DNA from: Eubacteriales bacterium
GTDB taxonomy: Bacteria > Bacillota > Clostridia > Oscillospirales > CAG-272
DNA length: 64,000 nt
Assembly (NCBI GenBank): GCA_045598385.1
Contig: JAZLLY010000019.1
Location: 1,205 to 65,204 of the forward strand
Direction of reading: 5' to 3'
In this document: positions 1 to 10,286 of the stretch, one piece after another
How positions within the stretch are numbered: position 1 is the stretch's first letter
Layout: each line of letters starts with the position of its first letter
Translations under genes and position numbers: made by a program
Notes under the pieces: generated by a model
The model's database searches: none
What the model saw: the letters and a program-made list of their open reading frames with translations, nothing else
What the model was told of the DNA's origin: nothing

Positions 1-40
1 CCGCACGAGCGGAACACATCGTTCGCCCGCAGAGCGGGCG
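1..40. repeat. Edge fragment of the hairpin/linker repeat family (CCGC-ACGA-GCGG, AACACATCGTT, CGCCCGC-AGA-GCGGGCG)
   Basis: Contains GGAACACATCGTT, the end motif also seen at 18917-18930, 19117-19130 and 58637-58650, flanked by two GC stem-loops. Confidence 0.6.
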
Positions 41-887
41 TGGCGCGTGGCGGAAGCAACAAGAGGCGCGAGGTCGTTTTTCTGTATTCTTCGTAATCCT
101 TGCGGCGGGCAAGCTGACGCTTTTCCATCAAGGGAATCGAGACGACGTTAAAAAGCACGGCAATGCCGACAAAACCGATTCCGGTGTAAAAATATGCCGG
201 CGCATAGGGGAGCATCGAGAGATAAACGCCGAGCCAGACGGTGATCTCGCCGAGATAATTCGGATGGCGCGAAAACCGCCAAAGTCCCTTGCGGCAGACG
301 GCTTTTTCCCGATCTTCCCGCAGATGGGCGTGCATCGCGCGGTCGGCGAAGAACTCAAAACCGACGCCGGTGAGTGTCACCGCCGCGCCGATCAGGGAAA
401 ACGCGCCGATCCCGGTCGTTGCGATCACGAAAAGCGGCGTCATACCGAGAAAAACGAGAAACGTCGGCATATAATGGATGCCGAAAAAATTGACGATCTG
501 CCAAAAAGGTTTCGGCGTATTTTCACGGTATTGACGGTAGCGCCAGTCCTCATAAGAAAAGTCGGTGAATACCGTAATCCAGTTCACCGTAAGGCGAAGC
601 GACCAGATAAGAAAGACCGCGAGAATGACGAGCTGAAACGGCGAAAACGCCTTTTTTTCGATGAAAAGCACGATCGCCATCACCATCGGCGTCAGCGACC
701 AATACGCGTCGTAAACGCTGGAATTCTTGAGCAGAACGGAAAAAGCAAAGACTGCGACCGTCGCCGCGCTGTCAAAAACGAAATAGCGAAGAAGCGTATC
801 CGAAATCCGAAAACCGCAAAGTCCTCCGACAAGATACGCAAGAAGATAGATCCCGCCGATCGCGAGAAGGTCTTTTGTCTTTTTCAT
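1..887 (-). CDS. DUF1295 / steroid 5-alpha-reductase-like polytopic membrane protein (3' end not reached in window, so absent from the ORF track)
   Basis: Manual reverse translation from ATG at 885-887 gives MKKTKDLLAIGGIYLLAYLVGGLCGFRISDTLLRY. In-frame CRKGLWRFSRHPNYLGEI at 243-299 is typical of this fold. No in-frame stop down to position 3. Confidence 0.65.
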   Translation of the reverse strand, partial: MKKTKDLLAIGGIYLLAYLVGGLCGFRISDTLLRYFVFDSAATVAVFAFSVLLKNSSVYDAYWSLTPMVMAIVLFIEKKAFSPFQLVILAVFLIWSLRLTVNWITVFTDFSYEDWRYRQYRENTPKPFWQIVNFFGIHYMPTFLVFLGMTPLFVIATTGIGAFSLIGAAVTLTGVGFEFFADRAMHAHLREDREKAVCRKGLWRFSRHPNYLGEITVWLGVYLSMLPYAPAYFYTGIGFVGIAVLFNVVSIPLMEKRQLARRKDYEEYRKTTSRLLLLPPRATPALRANDVFRSC

Positions 888-1036
888 ACCGTCCGTCCTT
901 TGTCCGGCGAATGCCGGCACCACTGTCATTTTTCCTCATTTTAGCATTTCCCTGCCGATCTGTCAAGACATCCGCATCCGGCTTTTCGGAAAAAGAAAAG
1001 AGGGATCGGTCGATCCCTCCAAACGATTGCGGAATA

Positions 1037-1699
1037 TTATTTTCCCGTATTTGACAAAAGCGTCAGTAGATCGGGGACGGTCTTTGCGATCGCCGTGAAT
1101 CCGGCGGCGGCGATCTCCTCGCGCGAGCCGTGACCGTAGAGAACGCCGAGCGAATCGATCCCGCAGATCGCGGCGCCCTCGGCATCGAATTTTCGGTCTC
1201 CGACGAGGATGCAGTCGGACTTCCCAACGTCGGGAAAACGGGAAAGCGCCGCCGCCAGCACTTCGCTCTTTTTGTCCGCGCGTTTATCGTCCATGGCACC
1301 GGACAGACAGTCGAAATAGCCGTCAAGTCCGAAATGCGCCATGATCTTCTCGGCAAAGATCTGCGGTTTCGAGGTCGCGAGGACAAGGATCTTTCCCTGC
1401 TCTTTCAGACCTTTCAGGACGTCTTCGATACCCTCGTACACTTCGTTTTCCGCCCAACCGCGGTTGTCGAAATATTCGTGAAAATAAGAAAGTGCGCGGT
1501 CTGCCTCGGCGTCCGAAAAGCCGAACTCGGCTTTCCACTCGGTGTAAAGGGGCGGACCGATGAAGCGCGTCATTTTTTCCTCGGGGCCGTAATCGACGCC
1601 CATCCGCGACAGGGCGTGGACGAAAGAGCGTATCAGTCCCCGTTTCGGCTCTGTCAGCGTGCCGTCAAGGTCAAATGCGATAAGTCGGTATTCTTTCAC
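1037..1699 (-). CDS. HAD-superfamily hydrolase (phosphoglycolate phosphatase-like)
   Basis: 220-aa ORF with HAD motif I (IAFDLDGTL). GTG start lies 14 nt after the mgtE stop and has a purine-rich RBS. Confidence 0.85.
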   Translation of the reverse strand: MKEYRLIAFDLDGTLTEPKRGLIRSFVHALSRMGVDYGPEEKMTRFIGPPLYTEWKAEFGFSDAEADRALSYFHEYFDNRGWAENEVYEGIEDVLKGLKEQGKILVLATSKPQIFAEKIMAHFGLDGYFDCLSGAMDDKRADKKSEVLAAALSRFPDVGKSDCILVGDRKFDAEGAAICGIDSLGVLYGHGSREEIAAAGFTAIAKTVPDLLTLLSNTGK

Positions 1700-1713
1700 G
1701 GTATTTCCTTTCC

Positions 1714-3102
1714 TTATAATCCCAGAAGACGGGAAACGCCGAAGTAAAGCAAAAGCGAGATCACGTCCACGATGGTGGTGATAAAAGGCGACGCCATCAC
1801 GGCGGGGTCGAGCCCGATGCGTTTGGCACCGAGGGGGAGAACGCCGCCGATGAACTTCGCGACCAGGATCGTGATGAACATGGCGATCGCGACGGAAAAC
1901 GCGACGGTCAGCGTGACGGCGTCGTTCTGCATCAAAAGACGGTCAACGAGCATGACCTTTCCGAACGCGACGGCGGCAAGAGTGGCGCCGCAAAGCAGGG
2001 CGACACGCAGTTCCTTGAAGATCACGGCGGGCACGTCGGAAAGTGAGATCTCCCCGGTCGAAAGTCCGCGGATCACGGTGACGGAGGTCTGTCCGCCGGA
2101 GTTTCCGCCGGTGTCCATCAGCATCGGGACGAACAGGATCAGAACGACGGGAAGCGCCGCTTCGAAGAAACTCAAAATCATACTCGAAAACGTGGCGGAG
2201 ATCATCAGGATCAAAAGCCACGGAATACGGGCGAGCCAGAGGGAACCGACGGAGGTTTTGAGATACGTCGTTTCACTCGGACGGATCGCCGCCATTTTGG
2301 CGAAGTCTTCTTCGGTCTCTTCGTGATAGACCGTCCACGCGTCATCGACGGTGATGATACCGACGAGACGGTTTTCAAAATCCACGACGGGCATGGCGAG
2401 GAAGCCGTATTTGTCGAATTTTCTCGCGACGTCCTCTTTATCGTCCGTCGTCACGACGGAAACGACGGTGTCTTCCATAATATCGGCGATCACGTCGGTC
2501 GGTGCCGAGAGCATCAGCCGTTTTCCCGTGACGATACCGATGAGCGTGCGGTCCCGCTCGGTGACATAGCAGGTATAGATCGTCTCTTTGTCGATCGCGA
2601 CAGAGCGGATATGGGAAAGTGCCTCCTCCACCGTCATATTTTTCTTGAGGCGCACGTACTCCGTCGTCATGACGGATCCGGCACAATCCTCGGGATAGCG
2701 CAACAGTTCGTTGATCGTCTCTCTGTCCTTGGGATCGGCGGCGCGCAGGATACGCTTGACGACCGAAGCCGGCATCTCTTCGATCAGGTCCACGGCGTCG
2801 TCAAGATACAGTTCCCGTATCATTTCCGAGAGTTCTTTGTCGTTGAACGCCTCGACGATCAGCTGCTGCTGTTCGGGGGAGATCTCGACGAAAACGACCG
2901 CCGCATCCTCTTTCGTCAAAAGACGGAAAAAGCGCGTGACGTACTCGGTCGGGAGTTCCTCGAGGATCTCGGCAAGGTCGATCGGCGGCATTTTTTCGGT
3001 CAGTATTTTCAGTTCGGCATAACGGCGCTGCGAAAGCAGTTCCGTCGCCTTTTCCGCGGTGAGAAGCGCCGATTCTTCACGGTCGCGTTCTTTTTCTTCC
3101 AT
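1714..3102 (-). CDS. mgtE: Magnesium transporter MgtE
   Basis: 462-aa ORF with N-domain, CBS pair and C-terminal TM domain carrying PMLMDTGGNSGGQ. GAGGAGG RBS. Confidence 0.9.
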   Translation of the reverse strand: MEEKERDREESALLTAEKATELLSQRRYAELKILTEKMPPIDLAEILEELPTEYVTRFFRLLTKEDAAVVFVEISPEQQQLIVEAFNDKELSEMIRELYLDDAVDLIEEMPASVVKRILRAADPKDRETINELLRYPEDCAGSVMTTEYVRLKKNMTVEEALSHIRSVAIDKETIYTCYVTERDRTLIGIVTGKRLMLSAPTDVIADIMEDTVVSVVTTDDKEDVARKFDKYGFLAMPVVDFENRLVGIITVDDAWTVYHEETEEDFAKMAAIRPSETTYLKTSVGSLWLARIPWLLILMISATFSSMILSFFEAALPVVLILFVPMLMDTGGNSGGQTSVTVIRGLSTGEISLSDVPAVIFKELRVALLCGATLAAVAFGKVMLVDRLLMQNDAVTLTVAFSVAIAMFITILVAKFIGGVLPLGAKRIGLDPAVMASPFITTIVDVISLLLYFGVSRLLGL

Positions 3103-3250
3103 AATTCCTCCTCTGCCATGACGAGGACCGGAATCAATGGCGGTGCGGCGTCATACGGCATTTACAATCGTTATTTTCGTGCGGGGTATCGCTACTTCGG
3201 GCTGTGGCATCGTCCATGACCGTATGACCTCCTTTTTCTTTTTTCATCTT

Positions 3251-3279
3251 ATTGTAGTCCACAAAATGGCGTTTGTCAA
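3251..3279 (-). promoter_or_regulatory. Sigma-A-type promoter for mgtE (TTGACA-17-TACAAT on minus strand)
   Basis: Reverse complement of 3274-3279 is TTGACA and of 3251-3256 is TACAAT, with exactly 17 nt between them. Leaves a leader of about 140 nt. Confidence 0.55.
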
Positions 3280-3295
3280 CCCGTTTTTCCGTTTT

Positions 3296-4654
3296 TCAAA
3301 GATAGGCGGAAAGATCACCGGCACCCATGAAAATGAGCGTTCCGACGGCGTTTTTCAGCACGTCTTTCCGGTCGCTCGGGGTGATCACGCGGGCTTTCTC
3401 TCCGATCGCCTCCGCGAGCGCCCGTGAAGTGACACCGAGGATCGGCGATTCCCGCGCGGGATAGATCTCTGTCAGATACACTTCGTCGGCTTTTCCGAGC
3501 GATGCGGCGAACCCGTCGAAAAACGCCGCCGTCCTCGTAAACGTGTGCGGCGAAAACACTACGGATACGCGCCCGCCCGTCATCTGCCGAACGGTGTCGA
3601 TCCCCGCCGCGATCTCCGTCGGATGGTGGGCGTAATCGTAAATGCACGGTCTGCCGCCGACGTTCCGCCTCTCGAGACGCCTCCCGATCCCGCGAAAGCC
3701 ACAGACGGCAGAGGAGAGGACGTCGAAAGGAACGCCGAGAAGCCAACCGCACGCCGCCGCCAAAGCGCTGTTTTCCACCTGGAAAGCGCCCGGAGCGCCG
3801 GGGGCAAGTTCCACCGTTTTTCCCCCGTGGGAAAGACGGTAACGGCAAAAACCGCCCGTGAGTGTGACGTCCCCCACGCAAAAATCGGCGTCTATTCTTC
3901 TCCCGACCGCATAAGTCTTCGTTTTGCATTTTTTCATCAGCCGCGAAAGTCTCTCGTCATCCGCGTTATAGATCACGGCGCGGCGCGTCCTGTCGGCGGC
4001 GGCGAGGAACGAACGCTCGAGCGCCGCGGGATCGGGAAAGTAATCCGCGTGATCCCACTCGAGATTCAGAAGCACAAGATACGACGGAGAAAACCGCAGA
4101 AAGGAATCGCGGTATTCGCACCCCTCGAAAACGAGAAGTTCCCTGCCGCCCGGAAGATAGTTTTCCCCGTTTTTCAGCGAAGCACCCGAGAGCACCGTCG
4201 GACGGAGTTTTGCCTCCCCGAAGATCTCCGAGAGGAGCGCGACCGTCCCGCTCTTTCCGTGCGAGCCGGATACACCGACGGAGGTTTCAAAAAGATCCGC
4301 GAAGACACCGAGCAGTTCGGCGCGGGAGACGGCGGGGATACCGGCTTCTTTCGCTTTCCGGAATTCGGGATTCTCTTCCCCGATCGCGAGCGTATAGACG
4401 ACAAGATCGGTCTTTTCGTTCAGATTCTCCGCCCGATGCCCGACCGTCAACGCCGCGCCCCGCGCCCGCAGAGAGGAAAAGGCGGGACGTTCCTCCCTGT
4501 CCGATCCGGAAACGCGGTAACCGAGCGAAAGCGAGAGCGCCGCGAGCCCGCACATCGACTCCCCGCCGATGCCGATAAAAAAGAGAGCGGCGCCCGGCTT
4601 TCCGAGGATCTTTCCGATCTCTTCTTTTCCGAGTTCCGAATGGAAAACCGACAT
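3296..4654 (-). CDS. murC: UDP-N-acetylmuramate--L-alanine ligase
   Basis: 452-aa ORF with MurC-type N-terminus FIGIGGESMCGLA and Mur ligase P-loop GSHGKSGT. AAGGAG RBS. Confidence 0.9.
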   Translation of the reverse strand: MSVFHSELGKEEIGKILGKPGAALFFIGIGGESMCGLAALSLSLGYRVSGSDREERPAFSSLRARGAALTVGHRAENLNEKTDLVVYTLAIGEENPEFRKAKEAGIPAVSRAELLGVFADLFETSVGVSGSHGKSGTVALLSEIFGEAKLRPTVLSGASLKNGENYLPGGRELLVFEGCEYRDSFLRFSPSYLVLLNLEWDHADYFPDPAALERSFLAAADRTRRAVIYNADDERLSRLMKKCKTKTYAVGRRIDADFCVGDVTLTGGFCRYRLSHGGKTVELAPGAPGAFQVENSALAAACGWLLGVPFDVLSSAVCGFRGIGRRLERRNVGGRPCIYDYAHHPTEIAAGIDTVRQMTGGRVSVVFSPHTFTRTAAFFDGFAASLGKADEVYLTEIYPARESPILGVTSRALAEAIGEKARVITPSDRKDVLKNAVGTLIFMGAGDLSAYL

Positions 4655-4812
4655 ATTACTTCTCCTTCACAATTCATTCGATTTTTTTCGTGCATTTGTT
4701 AAAAATACGGTCACGGATTGTTTATAAACCGCTCTCAAAAAAAACGAATAATTTTCATAATAGTATTATATAATATCCTCATCAATTGTTTACACCACGG
4801 AGGAAACACCTT

Positions 4813-5100
4813 ATGCAAATCACCGATATCAAGATCCGGAAGTTTTTTGACGACGGTCCCATGAAAGCCATCGTGTCCGTCACCTTCGACGATTGCCTCG
4901 CCGTCCACGACATCAAAGTCATCTGCGCCCGCGACCGCTACTTCATCGTCATGCCCTCCAGAAAGAATCCCGACGGGACTTACCGCGATATCGTACATCC
5001 CATCCACTCGGATTTCCGGAATGAACTCGAGCGCGCCGTCATCGACGCCTACCAGGTCCAGCTCGTCGCCAGCGAACACGACGATACCATGATCGTGTGA
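4813..5100 (+). CDS. spoVG: Septation/sporulation regulator SpoVG
   Basis: MQITDIKIRKFFDDGPMKAIVSVTFDDCLAVHDIKVI matches SpoVG. GGAGG lies 9 nt upstream of ATG 4813, while the track start 4786 (TTG) lies upstream of that RBS. Confidence 0.9.
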   Translation: MQITDIKIRKFFDDGPMKAIVSVTFDDCLAVHDIKVICARDRYFIVMPSRKNPDGTYRDIVHPIHSDFRNELERAVIDAYQVQLVASEHDDTMIV

Positions 5101-5202
5101 CACCGTGCGTCTTTCCGGATGCGCGATACCGTTCGCCGGTCATCGGACGAAGTGCCGAAAAAGACCGATTGCGGAATCGGTAGAGTACCCATTACGTTTC
5201 AG

Positions 5203-5250
5203 GGGCTGCCAGAAAACAGGAGTTTTCAGGGCAGCCCTATTGCTTTTTTT
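5203..5250 (+). terminator. Intrinsic terminator after spoVG
   Basis: GGGCTGCC (5203-5210) pairs with GGCAGCCC (5230-5237) and is followed by a T7 run at 5244-5250. Confidence 0.6.
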
Positions 5251-5263
5251 CAGGGAGAAAAAC

Positions 5264-6274
5264 ATGAAAAAATACTATTTACTCGGCTATTACGGACAGG
5301 GCAACATCGGCGACGACGCGATCCTCTCCTCCTTCCTGACGGCTTTTTCCTCGGAAGAGCGCGCTTTTTTCGTCCTGCCGGAACGCAAATACGAGGGGGT
5401 GATCTGTCGGTTTTTGCGTACGGTGCGAAAGATCAAAGAAGCCGACGGGCTGATCCTCGTCGGCGGCAATCTTCTGCAGAACGAAACCTCGAACCGTTCT
5501 CTTATTTTCTACCTTTCGTGTATGCGGCGTGCCGAAAGACGAAAAAAGCCCGTAACGGTTTTCGGCGGGATCGGAAGCATCGCGGGAAATATCTGGAAAT
5601 ATCTGTCGGGAGCGGTCCTGTCCCGCGCCGACGCGCTGTATCTGCGATCGCATGACGATATCAAAACGGCAAAAGAACTCACCGCCATCGCAAAGCGCCC
5701 CTGCCCGCCCGTGTCTTTCTGCCCCGACGCGGCGCTGTTTTCCCCTCCAAAGACAAAAGCCGGGCATACCCTCGGCGTCCTCGTCCTGAAAAAAGCGAAC
5801 GATCCCGCGGCGCACGAAGCATTGATCTGTCTTTTGCGTCGCTTGAAAATACCGCTTTTTCTCCTCGGCTTTTCGTCGCTTGACGCGCCCTATCTCTCTT
5901 CGCTCGGAGAACGCACGGGATTGCCCCTGCGGATGCCGAAGGACGAAAAAGAGGCAAAAACCGTCCTCGCAAAAGCCGCATTCTCGGTCTGCGAGCGGTA
6001 TCACGGCGGGATCTTTTCCCTCCTTACGGATACGCCGTGCTTTCTCGAGGTCTCGTCCGGGAAGAACCGGGGACTGGCAGAAGAAGTCAGGCGTGCGGCA
6101 AAGGATACGGGTGCGGCGGCGCCTCTTTGCGGTTTTCTTTTTTCTTCTCTAACAAAAGACGGTTCTTTCTTCCTTTCCGTACTGCGCAAAAAAATCGGAG
6201 GCATTTCTGCCTCCGATTTTGAAAAAGTCAGGCGCGGTCTTCTGACCGACCGACAAAGCATCAACCTTCCGTAG
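5264..6274 (+). CDS. Polysaccharide pyruvyl transferase family protein (CsaB-like)
   Basis: Starts MKKYYLLGYYGQGNIGDDAIL, the typical pyruvyl-transferase N-terminus. GGGAG RBS. The track start 5105 would read through the spoVG terminator. Confidence 0.7.
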   Translation: MKKYYLLGYYGQGNIGDDAILSSFLTAFSSEERAFFVLPERKYEGVICRFLRTVRKIKEADGLILVGGNLLQNETSNRSLIFYLSCMRRAERRKKPVTVFGGIGSIAGNIWKYLSGAVLSRADALYLRSHDDIKTAKELTAIAKRPCPPVSFCPDAALFSPPKTKAGHTLGVLVLKKANDPAAHEALICLLRRLKIPLFLLGFSSLDAPYLSSLGERTGLPLRMPKDEKEAKTVLAKAAFSVCERYHGGIFSLLTDTPCFLEVSSGKNRGLAEEVRRAAKDTGAAAPLCGFLFSSLTKDGSFFLSVLRKKIGGISASDFEKVRRGLLTDRQSINLP

Positions 6275-7985
6275 CGGGTGCTTCTTTCTTGTTTTTCTTG
6301 CCCAGCGTCTTTGCCAGAGAATCGGCAAGCGCCTTGGTGTTCTTCGCGACGGTCTTGAGATCCTCGTTGATCTCCGCCTGCAGATCGCCGTTGGCTTTCT
6401 GCTTTTCGGTGAGCGCTTTCTGATCGCGGAACAACTGTTTCTGACTGCCGATCACGTCTTTCTGTGCGTTCGTGATCTCGACCTGGAGCGAAGCGATCTC
6501 CTGCTGGATATCGTAGTTCTGTGCGTTCTCCTTGAGGATCTCGCGCTGATTCTTGTTGAGATTGTCCTGTTCGTCGATGATGCTCTTCATAGCGTCCTCG
6601 AGAGCGGTCTGCGCGTCGAGAACGGCTTTCTGATCGACGGTGGTGACTTTCTGAGACTCGACGATCTCTGCCTGGATGGCGGCGATGTTCTTCTGCTCTT
6701 CTGCGATGATCGCCTGGTTTTCCACGATGGCGATCTGGTCTTTACCGATGACTTTCTGATTGACCTGTACGCCCTCCTGCTCACGCAGCGTATAACGCTG
6801 AACGTCGTTGGTCTGGCGCTGCAGATCGACGATCTCTTTCTGCTTTTCGGCGATCTCCATGTGCGTAGCGGAAAGCGCCAGCATCTTTTCGTTCAGTTCC
6901 TTGACGTTTTCGAGCATACCCGTCAGTTTGTTCATGATGAAGTTTTCGTCGTCGGATACCTGCTCGGCGAGCTGGTATGCGTGACCGAACGCTTCCATGT
7001 TGGCGACGTTGGAATTCGACGCGACTTCGTCGATCTTCTCGGCGAGCAGCGCGATCTTGGCATCTACGTTCTCCGCCATGGACTGGAGCGCCTCGTTGAC
7101 GGTTTCGGTAATATCGAAATCGGGGTCAAGACCACTGACGAAAGCGGGCAGACTCGCCACATATTCGTTGATCTTCATCTCAAGCGCGGCACCGAACTTC
7201 TCCATCGCGCATTCGACGGCTTTCGTGATCTCCTTGGAAATGTCGATCGTGACGGGAGCCAGACGGTAAGAAGGTCTTTCCGGAGGATAGGGGTAACCGT
7301 AAGGCGGAACGGCAGGAGCGCCGGTGCGATCCTTGATATCGGCGACGGCGGCGGCAAGTCTTCTCACTTCATCTGCCAAAGCGTCGATCCTGAGACTGTC
7401 AGCGGTTGCCTGTTTGTTGTATGCGTTCATATCATGATCCCTTTCGTTTTCGTTTTCGTCGATTTTTTCGGGAGCGGGCTCATCCGGTTCTTCCGTGTCG
7501 TCCGCGTGCTTGAGATAATAGTCGATATCACCGATCGCCTTTTTATCCTTGACGCGTGCTTCGATATCCGCTTTCAGATTCTCGAAGTTCTGCACGACGT
7601 CGCTGCCGTTATCACGGATCTTGGTCTTCTCCGCCTCGTTCTTGGCAAAATCGGAATAGAAATAGTAACTTTCCGCAAGCTCTTTGATCTTGGCGTCGAG
7701 ATCGGTTTCCGCCGCGGCGATCTCCGATTCGATGTTCTGATACTCGAGATCGGTCTTCACCGACGCTTTGGCAAGCGCACGGTTTTTCGGCGAGATCTTC
7801 TGTTTCTCGTTGATCTCATCCAACTTGTCGGCTTTCTTCAAAAGTTTGTCCATCAGTCCGGCGTAATTCTTCAGTTTCTTTTTGATCTGAGACGTCAGAC
7901 TGCCGATCGACTTTTTGAGATCGCGTTTCGAGGGAATGAAATCTTCCATAGGTTCCGCGACGACGTCATTCGTTATGTTCGACAT
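6261..7985 (-). CDS. Coiled-coil protein of unknown function with C-terminal Gln-heptad repeat
   Basis: ORF with AGGAGG RBS before ATG 7983-7985 (MSNITNDVV). Charged helical sequence throughout, with a perfectly phased 7-aa repeat in the last ~190 aa. Confidence 0.75.
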   Translation of the reverse strand: MSNITNDVVAEPMEDFIPSKRDLKKSIGSLTSQIKKKLKNYAGLMDKLLKKADKLDEINEKQKISPKNRALAKASVKTDLEYQNIESEIAAAETDLDAKIKELAESYYFYSDFAKNEAEKTKIRDNGSDVVQNFENLKADIEARVKDKKAIGDIDYYLKHADDTEEPDEPAPEKIDENENERDHDMNAYNKQATADSLRIDALADEVRRLAAAVADIKDRTGAPAVPPYGYPYPPERPSYRLAPVTIDISKEITKAVECAMEKFGAALEMKINEYVASLPAFVSGLDPDFDITETVNEALQSMAENVDAKIALLAEKIDEVASNSNVANMEAFGHAYQLAEQVSDDENFIMNKLTGMLENVKELNEKMLALSATHMEIAEKQKEIVDLQRQTNDVQRYTLREQEGVQVNQKVIGKDQIAIVENQAIIAEEQKNIAAIQAEIVESQKVTTVDQKAVLDAQTALEDAMKSIIDEQDNLNKNQREILKENAQNYDIQQEIASLQVEITNAQKDVIGSQKQLFRDQKALTEKQKANGDLQAEINEDLKTVAKNTKALADSLAKTLGKKNKKEAPATEG

Positions 7986-8342
7986 AAAAAACCTCCTGTG
8001 TAGGGGTATATTTTTATACATTCTCATTATATCAAAGATAATTCTCTCCGTCAAGCATTTTTCTTACAATTTTTATGGAATATCAAAAAATATTTATCAA
8101 ATTGTCACGTTTGGTTAGCAATTAGAATAAAACGACGCGATTATGAAGATCAAAAAGGCGGATTTTCCGCCATTGGCTTATTAAAGCGCGTTCCACATTG
8201 CTTGCGTTTTTTCTTTTTTTCTTACCCGTCGGATCGCCGTTCGATGCGTTTTTGCTTCCCGTCAGACACCTCTTTTTTCTTTCCCCTGCGATTTTTCGTC
8301 AAAAAAAGACCGAAATCGCCTGGAAAGTACGGGTACGCGGTG

Positions 8343-8549
8343 AGTTATTTGGTGCGCGCGGCGCACAGTATAGTGTGCCAAAGGCACAGTTATGGTTTGC
8401 GGCTTTGCCGCAAAGTTATGATGCTCGCTACGCTCACAGTTATGATTTGCGCGGAGCGAAAAGTTATGATGTGCCAAAGGCACAGTTATGGTTTGCGCAA
8501 AGCGCAAATTTTTCCAAAAATAATAACTCATAGTTCATAACTCATAACT
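8343..8549 (+). repeat. Hairpin/linker array, AGTTATGRT-linker type only (copy 1)
   Basis: GTGCC-AAA-GGCAC, TTGCGGC-TTT-GCCGCAA, TTGCGC-AAA-GCGCAA and others, each followed by AGTTATGAT or AGTTATGGT. Ends with inverted CATAACT motifs. Confidence 0.8.
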
Positions 8550-8933
8550 GCGGCGCCGGGCGCATTTCGGCGATAGAAAAAGGACAAAAACTCCGTCCTT
8601 TTTCGGTCTGCGCATTTTCACCGCTCCGGGAATAGATAAAAATGCGCAGACTTGCCGAAAAGCAAACGCAAGGCGTACAACCGTACGGCAAGTTTGCTTT
8701 TCGACAAGAAAAAAGGGACGGAGTCTTTCCGTCCCTTTTGGGTCTGTGCTTTTTCGCTTTGCACTCTTTTTTCACTCTGCACTGCTTTTGAGCGAGGGAA
8801 AAATGAGGCAGAATCGTCGAAAGGCGTACCGCCCGCCGTACAACCGTACGGCAAGGGCGCATTTCGGCGATAGAAAAAGGAGGCAGATTACTCTGTCTCC
8901 TTTTCGGTCTGCACATTTTTCACCGCTCAAAAG
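8550..8933. repeat. Mosaic of terminator cassettes and GC hairpins 3' of the ABC ATPase gene
   Basis: Direct ~70-nt copies at 8560-8626 and 8857-8928. A 12-bp stem CGAAAAGCAAAC/GTTTGCTTTTCG (8655-8703) encloses a GCCGTAC-type palindrome. Confidence 0.75.
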
Positions 8934-10067
<1,134 letters not shown>

Positions 10068-10286
10068 AATGAACTCCTTTTTGTCGCCGATGCGCGCGTT
10101 TTCATCCCGAAAACCGGCAAACGGCAAAATTTTACTCTATTATTATAGCAAAAAAGGGCTCCTTTTTCAAGAGTCCTTTTTCACGAATTTGCGTCCCGTT
10201 TTTGTGCATCTTCAACAAAAATCCTTTCGTCTTTTCGTAAACCGAAGACAAAAACGGTTCTTGCTTTCTAATAAATTAGTCCGCAC

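Noticed and set aside
3103-3250. M-box (ykoK) Mg2+ riboswitch upstream of mgtE
   Set aside because: The expected conserved M-box sequence blocks were not found by eye and the leader is shorter than the ~160-nt aptamer. Kept only as an unexplained leader in the findings.
5105-5263. Upstream extension of the pyruvyl transferase ORF (track start 5105)
   Set aside because: The extension would be translated through the spoVG terminator hairpin. A GGGAG RBS and the canonical MKKYYLLGYYG N-terminus occur at 5264.
8343-8549. Possibility that the hairpin/linker arrays are CRISPR arrays
   Set aside because: The constant element is only 7-9 nt. The variable units are 11-17 nt, self-complementary, and shared between loci. 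There is no leader and there are no cas genes in the window.
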